64,000 nt of DNA. It comes from Fimbriosthenelais zetlandica (lineage: Eukaryota). Positions within the stretch are counted from its first letter, which is position 1, and each line of letters opens with the position of its first letter. This document shows positions 22,901 to 35,400 of the stretch, in pieces. Both the position numbers and the translations under genes were made by a program. Below the pieces are notes generated by a model. That model worked only from the letters and a program-made list of their open reading frames with translations. It ran no database searches and was not told where the DNA came from. The DNA lies in assembly GCA_977030845.1 (NCBI GenBank), contig OZ365118.1, positions 4,402,001 through 4,466,000 on the forward strand, read 5' to 3'.

Positions 22901-25900
22901 CTCCCTGTCTGTCTCCCATCCCCCCATCCCACCCCTCATCTCTCCCCCCCCCACCCCCACCCCTCCCCCACCCCTCCACCAACGTGTATTGTCATATCAG
23001 GGCAAATGCAGGCAGTTCCCCTCTTCCCGCCAGCCTCCCATTTCTGATTGTACAGACCTCAATTTTTATCATGCACTTTCCTTTTTGACAACCATTCTGC
23101 GCGGTCTGAATTGATTTTTTAAGGAATATTATAATACAGTTTGTCATTTTATCATAACAGCAATCTGCTGCGAGCAGCCATAGCTTGAGGCTCCAGCTTT
23201 GCCAGACTTTAATTTGATTGCTGTAAAACCCATAAGTCATCCTGATTTAAAAATAATCACTCTCCAGCGTCCCATTCAGGAATCTTGATGGGATTCAATA
23301 ATGCCGTAATATTCAAAATATTTGATTTGGAATAATCAAATATTCTCAAATGATTGTCTCTTACATGTGCTTGAGTCACATAACTGACATTGTTGTTCCA
23401 GGATTATAGCAAAGCAGACTGTAAACTAATTCCACATTTGTTTTAAATCATGATAAATATAGTAGTATTTCAATACTAGATGTAAAGTTATGGGCGTAGA
23501 AGCGACACACAAATATGACTATTTACAGTCTCTAGAAGTGTAAGCCTTGTAATAGATAAAAACAGTGCTAAGCCGAGTAGTGCGGAGAGTGGGATGGACG
23601 GTCTTGATGAATTCCTGATTTAATTCCTCCTATCTTTATTGATTTCTTTTTCTATTTGTTTTTGTGGGGTTAGAGCTGGAAGAAGGTAGATATCACAGGC
23701 CATAAGATCAGGGTGGCTAGCTTAGGGAGTTCTTCTTTGATTAATCACATTTTTTTATCTCTTTCATGCCAAAAAAAAAGGCCAGAATAGTACAGGACAA
23801 GGATTAGATTATACTTGTTTCTCTTTAAAAGAAACCCGAGTAAATTGAAGGATGAAGGGTATCAAAATCTGAATTGTACGTATCAAATCCGGTTTTATCA
23901 TTTCACAAAATGATGTATAAGTATTGTACACATGTTGAACACATGTAACTTTGCTGCATGGTGAATGAATTTTACCCAGTTCTGTTTAAAACATGCTTTT
24001 GTATGTAGCACTTAAAGCAGATTTGTTTGCCCTGCGGTGACAAAGGCTTGCGTCCCTTTACAAAATAAGAGATCAAAATGAATATGCGCTGCTCCTTTTG
24101 AGCTTGCATTCACACTACATTGCATAGAAAATATCAAAGGTTTTAGGGAACTCGGACTTTCAAATATTGATTTTCTGTCCCGAGAAAAAAACATCACCAA
24201 TTGTATGAATAACTTTTTGAAGTAGAGTCATGTAAAGCTTTGCTGTTTTTTGCTCCTTCCCCATGTTGGTTGTGGATGTTTTGAGCTCGAGTCCTTTCCC
24301 ATGAGTTAAAGCCCACATTTTAACAATCCATTCATCCAGAAGGAATTATTGTAAATGGCAACTCTTAACTCTTAAGTCGCCTATTTGCTGACAAAAGAAA
24401 ACCAGATCACCAAATAATAGGAGTGTCAATTTCTGACACCCACTTCACCAGTGGAAATGAGCCACTTCCTTGTGGTGAGGCAGTCGGTGTGACTTTTGTA
24501 TTGGCCTAATCGCCGCAGCTTTTGATGGCTGTATTGATTTTTCCAGCCTATAATGTCACTGTTTCATTACTGGGCGTGGAATAGGACAGAGTCTTGCTCC
24601 CGCCTAATGGAATCCAGGACGTCCTCTATCTCAACCCATGTGAACTCAAGCAAGTGGAGATAAAGCTATGTCCTGCTCACGTCCTCACTGCTCGAGCAAC
24701 TCTCACCCAACCGAACCCTACAATCTGAGCAACTCCCGACCGACTCGCTCACCAGGGGAGCAGCTCCTACTACATATTGATTATAGGGGCCCATGCAAAG
24801 AAATCGAAATCAAAAATATTCTTTGACAATTTAAAAAATGATCAAATGAGAAACTCTGGACCCATTACTGAGTGAGTCACTCATGGGGAGCAGTTATTAC
24901 ATTGATCAGAGCAGCTCATGTGAAGATATTTAACACTTTTTTCGAGTCCACCAAGTGTTCACTAAACACACGCAAAGAAATGAAGAGCAAAGTTATTCCC
25001 TTTGATTAGGGAACACCTCAATACAGTGACCATTTTTCAGTGTTTACTGTAAATGTATGGTTTGTATTAAACAAGGGACTTGTCATTTTTTAAGTGTAAT
25101 AGATTTCCAAGTCTGCTGTAAATACTGTCGGCCCTGTGAGTGTATAATTGTTGGGCCTGCACCACCGCTGACAGTCCACTCGCTGCCAGCTCAGCGCTTT
25201 TGATGGATGCAGCAGGTCGAATGCTTGTATAAAGGGCTAATAGGATTTGCTACAGCACATAATGGCTAAATGGGATGACTTTTTTATTGCTACATCACAC
25301 TTTTCTCCTTAGAAGCTGGGAGGAAGTATGTGGGTACAAGGACATATAAGGCCTCTTTCATATTAAGGGAAGGGAGAGAAATGGATGGGCCCCGCTTAAA
25401 AGGGCTGGAGGGAAGTGGCTCTGACATTCACGATGGAAATGTTACATGTCGGGGTCTATTGATGTAAGCGTTCGTTATAAAGGTGGCCCTGTAGGTTGTT
25501 AATTACTGGTATTGTTAGGGTGAAACATTGCGCCATACCATTGTTCTATACGGTGAGAAGTGGGGATGGCTGAGCCCTTATCAAAGTGGAAACTGTTTTA
25601 CTTATGTATTGTGAATCACAGAAGAAGTTTAGGGTCGTATTTATGATTCCATCCTACTAGTATTACATTCTAGATTCCCCGAAGATAACTCAAGATTAAT
25701 TAGATTCTAAAAAATGGCATAAATACACTTGATGCATAATAATATGATACATCATGTGCCAAGGAAAAGTAAAGTAGATTTGTTGCTTACATTTACACTG
25801 TAAAAACAGTGCCCCCAAACTTCATCCCCTGGAAAATAATCTATATTTTGAATGATAATTCTCAGTGTATCAGTATGATTACATGTCGTTAGATGAATGA

Positions 25901-28900
25901 ATGCCACCCTGTCAAGTTATTTATGAGACATGTGCCATGAAGCGCACAGAATCATCTCCACACTATCTGCCTCCCTATCTCCAACCTATAAATTTTCCTT
26001 CTCAATTGAATCTAATGGGGAGCAGTGCATTGAGCATGCACGTCTCGATCTGCTGTACTTGCTTTGACTAGTAGTAGGGACTTGTGTGAGGCTTGGCAAG
26101 TTGTATGGCGGTAAACCTTGTTATCTTACAGCTGAAGCTGGCTATTAAATCACATGGGAATGGTGAGGAGGGGCTAGCACACAGACACCAGCCGCACACT
26201 GATTTACCTACTTATTCCCACCAAAATGACAAGAATTAATCCTAATTGTCATCAGGGGAGATTGTGGCTTCAAGCTCGGCTGAGATAATGGATATTCCCC
26301 AAATGGTCCTATTCCATTTTAGGCAAACGCGAAGTTGTTGCATTGTCAATGAGATGTTTTATTGCCCTTATCAGGACTGTGGTTGAGATTGTTATTTTGC
26401 GTGGGATTCTTCTGTATTAAGGATGGATATTTTAGGAGGACTATTTTATATTTCATATCAATAGACAATGCCTAATTGCCCCTACCAATATCTCTAAAGT
26501 TGTCCCATTTAAAGAAATAATATTTAATATTTTATTTCACCATTTATAACCCCGCAGAGACAAAGAGTCTGAGAAGACAATAGTCCAGAGCCCACTTTTA
26601 CAATCAGTGGGGATGGTCTTCACTTTACTAGATTGAATGGGAGCTAATAAGTTCACGTTTTGGAGTCATTTCCCGGCACTCCCACTGTTTTATCCTAGTG
26701 GTAGAAAGGATTAGAACCAGCCTCAAATGGTGAGTGAACTTAGGGCCTGTCTTCACTTCAGAGATCTCTATCGTACGACTGTCTCATGGCATTTACTTCG
26801 CCGGACCTTTTTCATAAATCATTAAGGCACAATTAGACAAAAATAAGTCTTTCCATATACACAAATTAGATGCAAACTATTTGTCATTTCATCAAAGAGT
26901 CCCGTAGTGGAGCAAAACCATAAGTGTACATGAACAAAAAAAGATTTTGAATGGATTGCTCTAGTGTGGTGACCGACTCTTGTAGGGATCTAACATTTAC
27001 TGGTGATGAATGGAATGATAAAAATCAGAAGCCATCCTCCCAGGAATGCTTTGGTAAAACCCCATTTATCACGCTGATAGCTTTAGTTTAATGAGGTATC
27101 ATGGTTTCATACTGGAAAGATTAGAGAAGATAACTGTAGAGAGACTATAAAGCACTAGCGGAAGGCTTGGTCAAGATTGCTAGCTTTAATCTGGATATTG
27201 GGAAATGCAATATTGTGGCAATTTCTCGGTTATAATTGGGCTTAAAATTGATATGTTGCGTTCAGGGCTTTGCCATGGTAGTAGTATATAGAGATGACAC
27301 CTTTCATATGGCTACAATCGAGCATATTTGTTCATTCAATGGACCCTCCTATACTGGCCAATTCCACTTAATCTACCCCAGTATTATAAATGCATTTAGA
27401 CAAGACCCCGACCAATATGTTGGATATTCCAGTGTGTAGATAAATAGGTAGTTGCTATGAGGAGTGAGCATGGTATCTTGTCTTTTCTTTTTGAGAAGAA
27501 GTGTGGTGGAGGAAGGGTCTGGAGGGAGACAGGGATAAAGAAGGCAGCTTCTCTATATGTGACTTGTCACTTGGTCTACTATCTCCCCTTTTACCCCTAG
27601 CAACAAAAGCAATGTGGGCAAAAAATGGGGAAAATAAGAGAGTGGGGTAAGGCGCAGCTAGTAGCTCATATTTTAACTTTCAATGCTCCTTAAAATTTTA
27701 AGTCTGGAATTAAAGGAGATGGGGGGGATACAATTCCATCAAAGACGTTTCGTGCTTTAAAATATGTCGGAGGGATTATGAACTTAAAAGTTTCTGAGCG
27801 ATTTTCAAGTGAATTATTAAGTTGATAGTATAAATTCCATCAGAAGAGTAAGGAAATGCACTCTTCTCCTCGCCTCATCACTCCCCTCTCTTTGAATCCT
27901 TGCCCTGATTTGAAGTAGATGGATGGGAGGGTTGGCTGGCCTATAGTCGGGAGCCTGCCCCCCCCCCCCCTCCCCCACATGTGATCACGTTTACACTGAT
28001 TGCCCTGGGGACAGTAAAGCTGACTGATTACATTTATAAAAACCTGTCAGATCACGGTAAACTTAATTGTTTCTCCTGCTCCCCTCGCCGCCTCCCCCGG
28101 GGGTTTAGTCCAGGGTCAGAGATACTGCTGTGCTCATGTGATATCTGATGGACTGGATATGACCAACTTCTACAAGATTCTATCCTTACAGAGTCTACCC
28201 CGGGGCTGGTTCTTATAACAGATCAAAGGAATGAAACGTCTTTAAATGTTTGGGAAACTATGAAGTGTTTAAAGACATTGTGGAAGAACACAGGGCTACA
28301 CACAAGAACTGATGTCCTTTTGGAATTCTTCCAAGTAATGTTTTTCAGGATCAATTTGGTGAAATTTGCTTCGTTTTATCTTTGGATTTGTTGAAAGGGA
28401 ACTTTATATGTTTAAGAATGGATGGATGAAGACTCAGTTGTGTATAAATGCAAGGATGGAGAGACTCACTGGAGCTGCTCATTATTCAGGCCCAATACTG
28501 GAGCAGTCAGATATGAGCAGCTCAGAGGGTATGATAATCCCATCAGAGGGTACCTGTCTATGTGCTGCTCCTATAATAAGCTCATCTAGCTGGAGATAAT
28601 CCCCTGTCAATGTCAGCCCGCTCCTCTAATGGTAATCTACTCGCACTGATCACAGCTCCTTATGATTACATTACATTACCACGTCTCAAGTAATCAGCGT
28701 CAGAAAACTTAGAAAATACATTTAAAGGACTCACTTAAAGGACCGAGTAAAAGTGGTCGCTATAATGGAGATGTTTGCCAATCAGAGGTAGCCTTATATG
28801 AGACAGCAAGGATTGTATTGTGAGAAATTATTTTTCAAAAAGTGCTCATTTCTGAAACTTTTAATGTAATTCTAATGTCAATTCCATCAGCTGCTTTCCA

Positions 28901-30979
28901 TTTAATCTAAAACCAATGTCTTTGAATGGATTCTGTATTGTTTCTGCTAATACTTGAGTTTGTATAAGCATAGTACCCAGCACTAGAGGTGTAAGTGTAT
29001 ATATACTGTATTCAATGCACACTTGATGAGCCCATATCTACCTTCAATGCCTGCCCTCAGCACCTCAATAGACCCTCCCACATGGACCGCCTGGCGTTTT
29101 TTAAAGATTTGATTCTTACTGGGCTCTTCATGGTCCATTCCCAGTCAAAGCCTGTACGGAGGTGGCGTGTGAGGTCCGAGCACCACCTCACAGATCAATG
29201 TATAGACCTGAGCTGTCTTCATGGCTGGTCAACCTCCCTCAACATCCCCCATCCCACACTCACCGACTCAAATAACCCCAGCCTCTAAAGGCCGAAAAAA
29301 CTGCGGAAATGTGTCTGCTAACACCTAGCAATCTAGCCCGCTTAATGGCCCTTAAAAAGTATCAAACTATTTTGATGTGGATCAATTTTCAAGTGGGGAG
29401 AGGGAATAGGAGCAGACTTCAGGAAGAAGGATTTAGAAAGAGATAACATGGAAAAAATGATCAAATTCCCTAATTAAGATCAAAATAATTAGTCAGATCT
29501 GAGAATATTTGTATGCAAAATCTTAGGAAGTTGTAATTTGAAAACTTCAATTTTTAGATTCTAATTAACATGGTTAAATGGGTGTATATTTGGCAAAGTT
29601 TAAAGTGGAAATAAACATAAGAAGTGAGTTATTTTCTAGAGGAGCACGTATAGGTGAGAGTGATAATGAATGCTAAGAAGTCACTGTGTCTAGAGGGTCA
29701 TGTGTATTTGTGAGTGAGGTATTTTTAGGGGCTTGTCTCTGTATAGGATGTAGGAGACCTAATGATCCAGGGTGCTGTAGATCCCGCCAGCTCCACAACT
29801 AACAGATTACCCAGCAGTCATAAAGGCATATTTGAAGCAAATCGCATATGGGGGAAGCTGATGTATGGTGACATGGGTTAGAGCCTGATCAGCTTTAGTA
29901 CTCCAGGGTCCCTCCCCAGACAACACTGACGGGGTTAGGGGTGGTGGGAGGGGGTGGAGAGGTGTTCACTGGAGAGGGGGTGGTTGGGGGATAGGTCTCC
30001 ATTTTGCATCTGTTAAGTTTAATATTTTTTTTTTATTATTTAAATGGATCAGACTGGTAAAATCGTTTTTCGTTTTGTACTATATATAAAATGGAGACAA
30101 ATTAATCAAATGAACATATCACAAAATATCAATAGAATATTTATTCTATTCCACCAATATATTCTTAATAAAATATTTTAATAATATCTTTTATAGTCTC
30201 CCAAAATCTAGCTTTACAATATACTTAATGCGCTGAACATATCGAGTGAATTGAACTTCAATTTAGATTTGCATTAAAACTGGAGGCAAATCTGGGGAGA
30301 AGCCTGGGAATTATTGCCTCAGATAAGTGTCCCAGTTCAATTCCACCATTCTGCGAGCAGCTCATTGTAGCTCAGAGGAAGCAGGAGGAATACTGATAGA
30401 GCCACATGAAACAAAGAGATACATATCATAGTGGCGCAGACTGATAGATCTCCTACAGGCATTGGTCGGGCATGACTCGGGTATGGAGTCCGGGCTAAGA
30501 TGGGTTCATACTTGTGTCTTAAACACTATGTCATATTCCATACCTATTCTACACAAGTCTCTCTCCTTATGCCTCACACCTACAACAATTCATTGACCTT
30601 TTAGATTTTACAGAAAACAATATCCTGTTATCAAGTAAGGGGATATTATTCTTCCAAAAGGGAATGAATAACAGTTTACTAAATGTAAAGAACTAATAAC
30701 GTTTTCTCGTGAATAAGAAGTCAATCACTTCCTATTTGTCCATTCAGTTCTAGTTGGGTACAATTAACTGGGCAGATTCACTATAAGGCTGTGTGTATTT
30801 CTATATTGGCTTGGTCAAAACTATTAAAGATATCTTCTAAGCCCACATTGCCTCGTGGGCAGTTCCAATATCCATGATCAATGCTATAGACTAGAGGCTA
30901 TAGTGAACCATTTATTACCGGAGATTCCCTGCCCCAATCCCCTTATATGTCTTCAGTGTTCTCTCTTCTTTCCTTACTT

Positions 30980-30984
<5 letters not shown>

Positions 30985-31025
<41 letters not shown>
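30985..31025. repeat. (CTTT)n microsatellite
   Basis: About 10 copies of cttt seen directly. Confidence 0.9.
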
Positions 31026-31027
<2 letters not shown>

Positions 31028-32493
31028 AAACTTTCTTTCCTTCCTCTGTCCTCTCTCCCCATTCTCTCTGTCTCCCTCCCCACACCCCTCTGTCGATATG
31101 TCTATCCATTAACTGATCTATCTCTCTATCTCTCGACTTGTCCCACTGCTTTGCGCGTGTCTTCGCCACTTCCCCATCTTCCCCTCCCCCCGCTCCCTGT
31201 GTGGTCCATGTGGGACGCCTTAGCGTCACATCTACAATCCCTGACGCCTCTATATAAGCGCCAATGTCTGGTATAGGCGCCATCAAGTGCCTATAGAGAA
31301 CCGCAATATATGTCATACACATCCACAATTTCTCTACTGAATGATACAGAATCCTGTTAATCCTGCAAAATTCACAGTTTATGGGATACACTATTCAGTT
31401 ATGTGATTGATATGTGAATTAAAGAAAAGTAGCAATCTCTGGAGGGGATTCCCAAGAAAAAAAAACCAGGATAATTTGCCAATATATCTGGCCTGTAACC
31501 CCAGGCCATCTGTGATATAGGAGCAATGACCCAGAGTCACCAAATCACATTTTCATGTCCTACTTCAATATTTCATTCTTCCATGGGCAAACCAACACAT
31601 CCGTCCTACCATAACATTACATTGCTCATAGCCCCTCCCAATAGCTTGTCTGTCCTTCCAGGCCGAGAAACATTGCTTCTCTTTGCTTCCAATAACAGAA
31701 AAATATAACAAAAATATCCCAATGTTCTATAGATTTACTTAGGTCAAAGAGCTTATACCAATATAAGCTTTTTAGTCATGCACGGGACTAATATATAGAT
31801 GCTTTGGGAAGTGGTTTGGAAAAGAAAATAAGGTAAATTTTTGACTCAAGGGTTAAGAGATTGGATTGAGTCTGTGAGAGAGGATGGAGGATTGGAGAGG
31901 GAGCTTTTCCCTGGCCTTATTGACCCGGGTTTGGTTATGTCCGTGACTCGCCAGTCGCATCCTGACAAATCAGCCTATTCGGGGGTGAAGAAGTGGCCCG
32001 GGTGGCCTGGCCGAGATGGATATAGATATCCCTACTGACCATTAACTACAGCTTACCACTATACTTCACTGAGTCTGACCACCGAGAGGGCAGAGCAAAG
32101 CTCGGGGGTATTGAGACGGGGGTGGGGGTAGGGGAAGGGGGGTAGGGACGGGGGACAGGGGGTAAGGGATAGGGAGTTGGGGGCATAGGGGCAAAGGGTA
32201 TAGAAATGGTGGGGACAGGGAATAGAAGCAGACTTCAGGAAGAAGGATTTAGAAAGAGATAACATAGAAAAAATGATCAAAACAGACATACAGCAAGACG
32301 GAAAGCGATTAGATGAAAGGGGTCAGAAGGAGGAGGAAATAACATTTTGGGAAGGTTGGAATACGTAGATGGGATAGTTGGAAGGAGAGAGATAAAGAGT
32401 AGGAAGAATCTTTAATTGGTATCGTTTTCCATGAGCACTAAATTCTGTTATTAATTTGAAATATTCTTTTTTTCAGGGTGGCCAGTTTACAAG

Positions 32494-35400
32494 ATGGGAC
32501 AACAAAGTTTAGGCGTGTTAACAGCCCTGATTGTCATCTTCACCTTCCCTTCCCCACAACTAGCTCAGTTTGGTAAGTCTTTCAATCTGTTTCTATTTGC
32601 TTCTAATATTAAAAATGAAAATGAGAACCTCTGGAAATGAATAAAAACCCATACTAATTAGGACAACAAATCTGCGTTCCATTAAGAAAAGCAATCTCCT
32701 TTTTAATTGAGAAATAATAGATGTATGGCTGTACTAATGAATCTTCAATCTTTCAGATTGTCCTAATCCGTGGGACAGCTTTGAAGGCAAATGTTACAAA
32801 TATAAAATACTCCCAACTAGTTATCAGGACGCTGTCCAAGATTGTGCGGTGAGTGAAAAAGACCCAACTAGATTTTAAATGAATGAATGGTGATTTAAAA
32901 CCAGCTGCTATATATATTCATGGCCAGATTTCACATACTGACTTTAAGAATCATCAGATAATTGTGTTTCTCTGAAATAATGCTCATTTGTGTTAATTTT
33001 GTTCATTTTTCAGCGGGATGGAGCGTCTCTGATCAGTCTCAATAGTAAAGCCGAACACGACCACTTTTCCGAGTATCTCATGAATAACGATAAGGGAAAG
33101 TAAGTCGCACATTTATTGTATCGCAAATTTATAAAGTACTTAGGCACACACAATACAATCACATTCGACTATATAGCCTTATTCTAGCACTTGGCTAACA
33201 TATGGCATAGACATGTCCACAAGTCTAGACTTTTCTCCCATAAAACTAGGAAAATCATTTCAATAGAAACTCAGTGACAACCTCTGACATGTTTGTTGTT
33301 CTTTTCGTCTAACAGCCAGGAATGGTTCACCAGTGGAAAGAGGCGTGAGTCGTCTGATATAGATCCACGGTTCTTCTGGGAAGGTGACGGTACAGAGATC
33401 CAAGGCAGTCAGTTCTGGCTCTCAACTCGCGAGAGATTCAGCAAGCGTGGTGAAATCATTGTCTACCATACAGACAGTAAGTATAAACTAACTCAGGGAC
33501 TTAACTCAGTCTGTTAGAGCACAAGCTCATAACAATGACTGAATGGTTGGCGCCTCAAGCCCCGAGAGGTCATTTTCACTACCTCCTTAAATCCTTAGGG
33601 CTTTCTGTGGATATATTCCAGAACTAATACACATTTTTCGTTTATTAGCTGGCAGAACGTATGGGTGGGTGCTAAGGGACCAGGATGTAAGAAGACCTTA
33701 CGTTTGTGAAATCAGCAAAGAAGAGATTTACAAAATCATCGATACATCACGAGGATATGGTACGTTCAACTCAATATCTCCCAATCACAATCTCTCTGAT
33801 TTTCTGTCTGTCCTCCCCTTCCATATGTCATTCTCAATTTGATCTTCTTGATATCTCTTCCTATCCTTACCTTGGTGCCATGCTCTTTGGTTTTAACACA
33901 GATTATGGCGTCAGTGAGATGGACCCACACAAGTTGCCCCGTGGACCCAAGTTCTCATATGAACCGAGGGACTTTGTCTATGATGCGGCTAGTGTGGACG
34001 ACTTTGTGGCATTAGAGTGTATCGCTGAAGGTATGCCACAACCCACCTACCGCTGGTTCAAACAGAGGGAACAGCAACAAGTGGTAAGTACAAACAAGCC
34101 TGTCTCATTTTCTGGTATTCAATTCAGAGACACTTTCCTGGGAATATTCCATCAAAGGTTTCAACCTTGAGCTCTATATGCATACAGGAATGTCTGAAAT
34201 GACACAAGCATGACTGCTTTTTTTTAGTTAGAATTTTTATAGAGCCTGTTATGGGTGAATACCAGCTCTTGATTACTCAAGTTTCTCGTATAATCCATGA
34301 AAGCTTTTTGAGGAACTCCCAAAGGTCAAAAAATCAATCTCAATCCTGCAAGGTATCTGGTATAGGAACATAACCTACCCAGCTATGGAATATTTGATTT
34401 TAGGGTCGGGCCAAGTTCACCAATATTGCCAGCATAAATACTTGCAGTAAAAGCAAGTCTTTATGTCTGATTTTCTGGAATTTTTCATCATGATATTTGA
34501 CATCTGTCAATACTGTAATTGCTCACAGTTGGTGACCACAGCCCGGGATGAGCGATATACGATCACTAATGGTAAACTAGTGATCAATGAGCCATCAGAC
34601 ACGGAGGATAACGGTGACTATCAGTGCGTGGCTGAGAACAGATACGGCTCCATCCTCAGTAACCAAGTCCAACTCAGCTTCGGTTATCTCCTCGACTTCC
34701 CCAAATCCAAGAGAGACGATGTCACCGTGGCTGCCTATGCCGGGGTTGGAATTGAATGTAATCCTCCAAAGCATTACCCTGGTAGGCTCAACTAATCTTT
34801 TCAATCCTTTCAATACACAACATAATATTGTATATATAGCTGAAAAACTTCCTTAAAATGGGGAGCTATGTAATGGTAATAATGTCTATAAATTATAAAT
34901 AAATTTTAACAATTCATCCTGGTGTCAAGTGCTCTGACTTTGCTGGTTCCAAGTCGTCCTGGACATTCATTTTTGTTATTTTTTAGTTAGAATTTTTATA
35001 GAGCCTGTTATGGGTGAATACCAGCTCACACTCTTGATTACTCAAGATTTCGTATGATTTTCAGCTGGGGCTCTTTCTAATAATGTGGTGACAATTTTTC
35101 TTTTCAGAGATTCTATACTCATGGTACAAGGACTCTATATTGAACTTTGTACGGCCACGTTTAAAGCCGTACATTTTCATATCACATAACGGTAAACTCT
35201 ACTTCTCTTCCGTGACCAAGGACGATGAAGGAGAATACTACTGTTTAGTGTTCAGTCCCAGAGCTGGGGTCTCCTCAGCTGAGGGCAAAGTCAGCATGCC
35301 CATCGTACTTACAGTGAGGGAAGCCAGTAAGTACAACTTAACTTTGTGATCATACACTTCATATAAAGCTTTTTCTGGTAAAGTTAGAGAAACTAGGCTT

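Noticed and set aside
22776-23114. Pro/Ser-rich ORF
   Set aside because: It arises from a C-rich low-complexity tract, starts at a non-ATG codon and has no splice or domain support.
30855-31391. Overlapping ORFs with hydrophobic FLSF runs
   Set aside because: Artefacts of the (CTTT)n microsatellite and a CT-rich tract.
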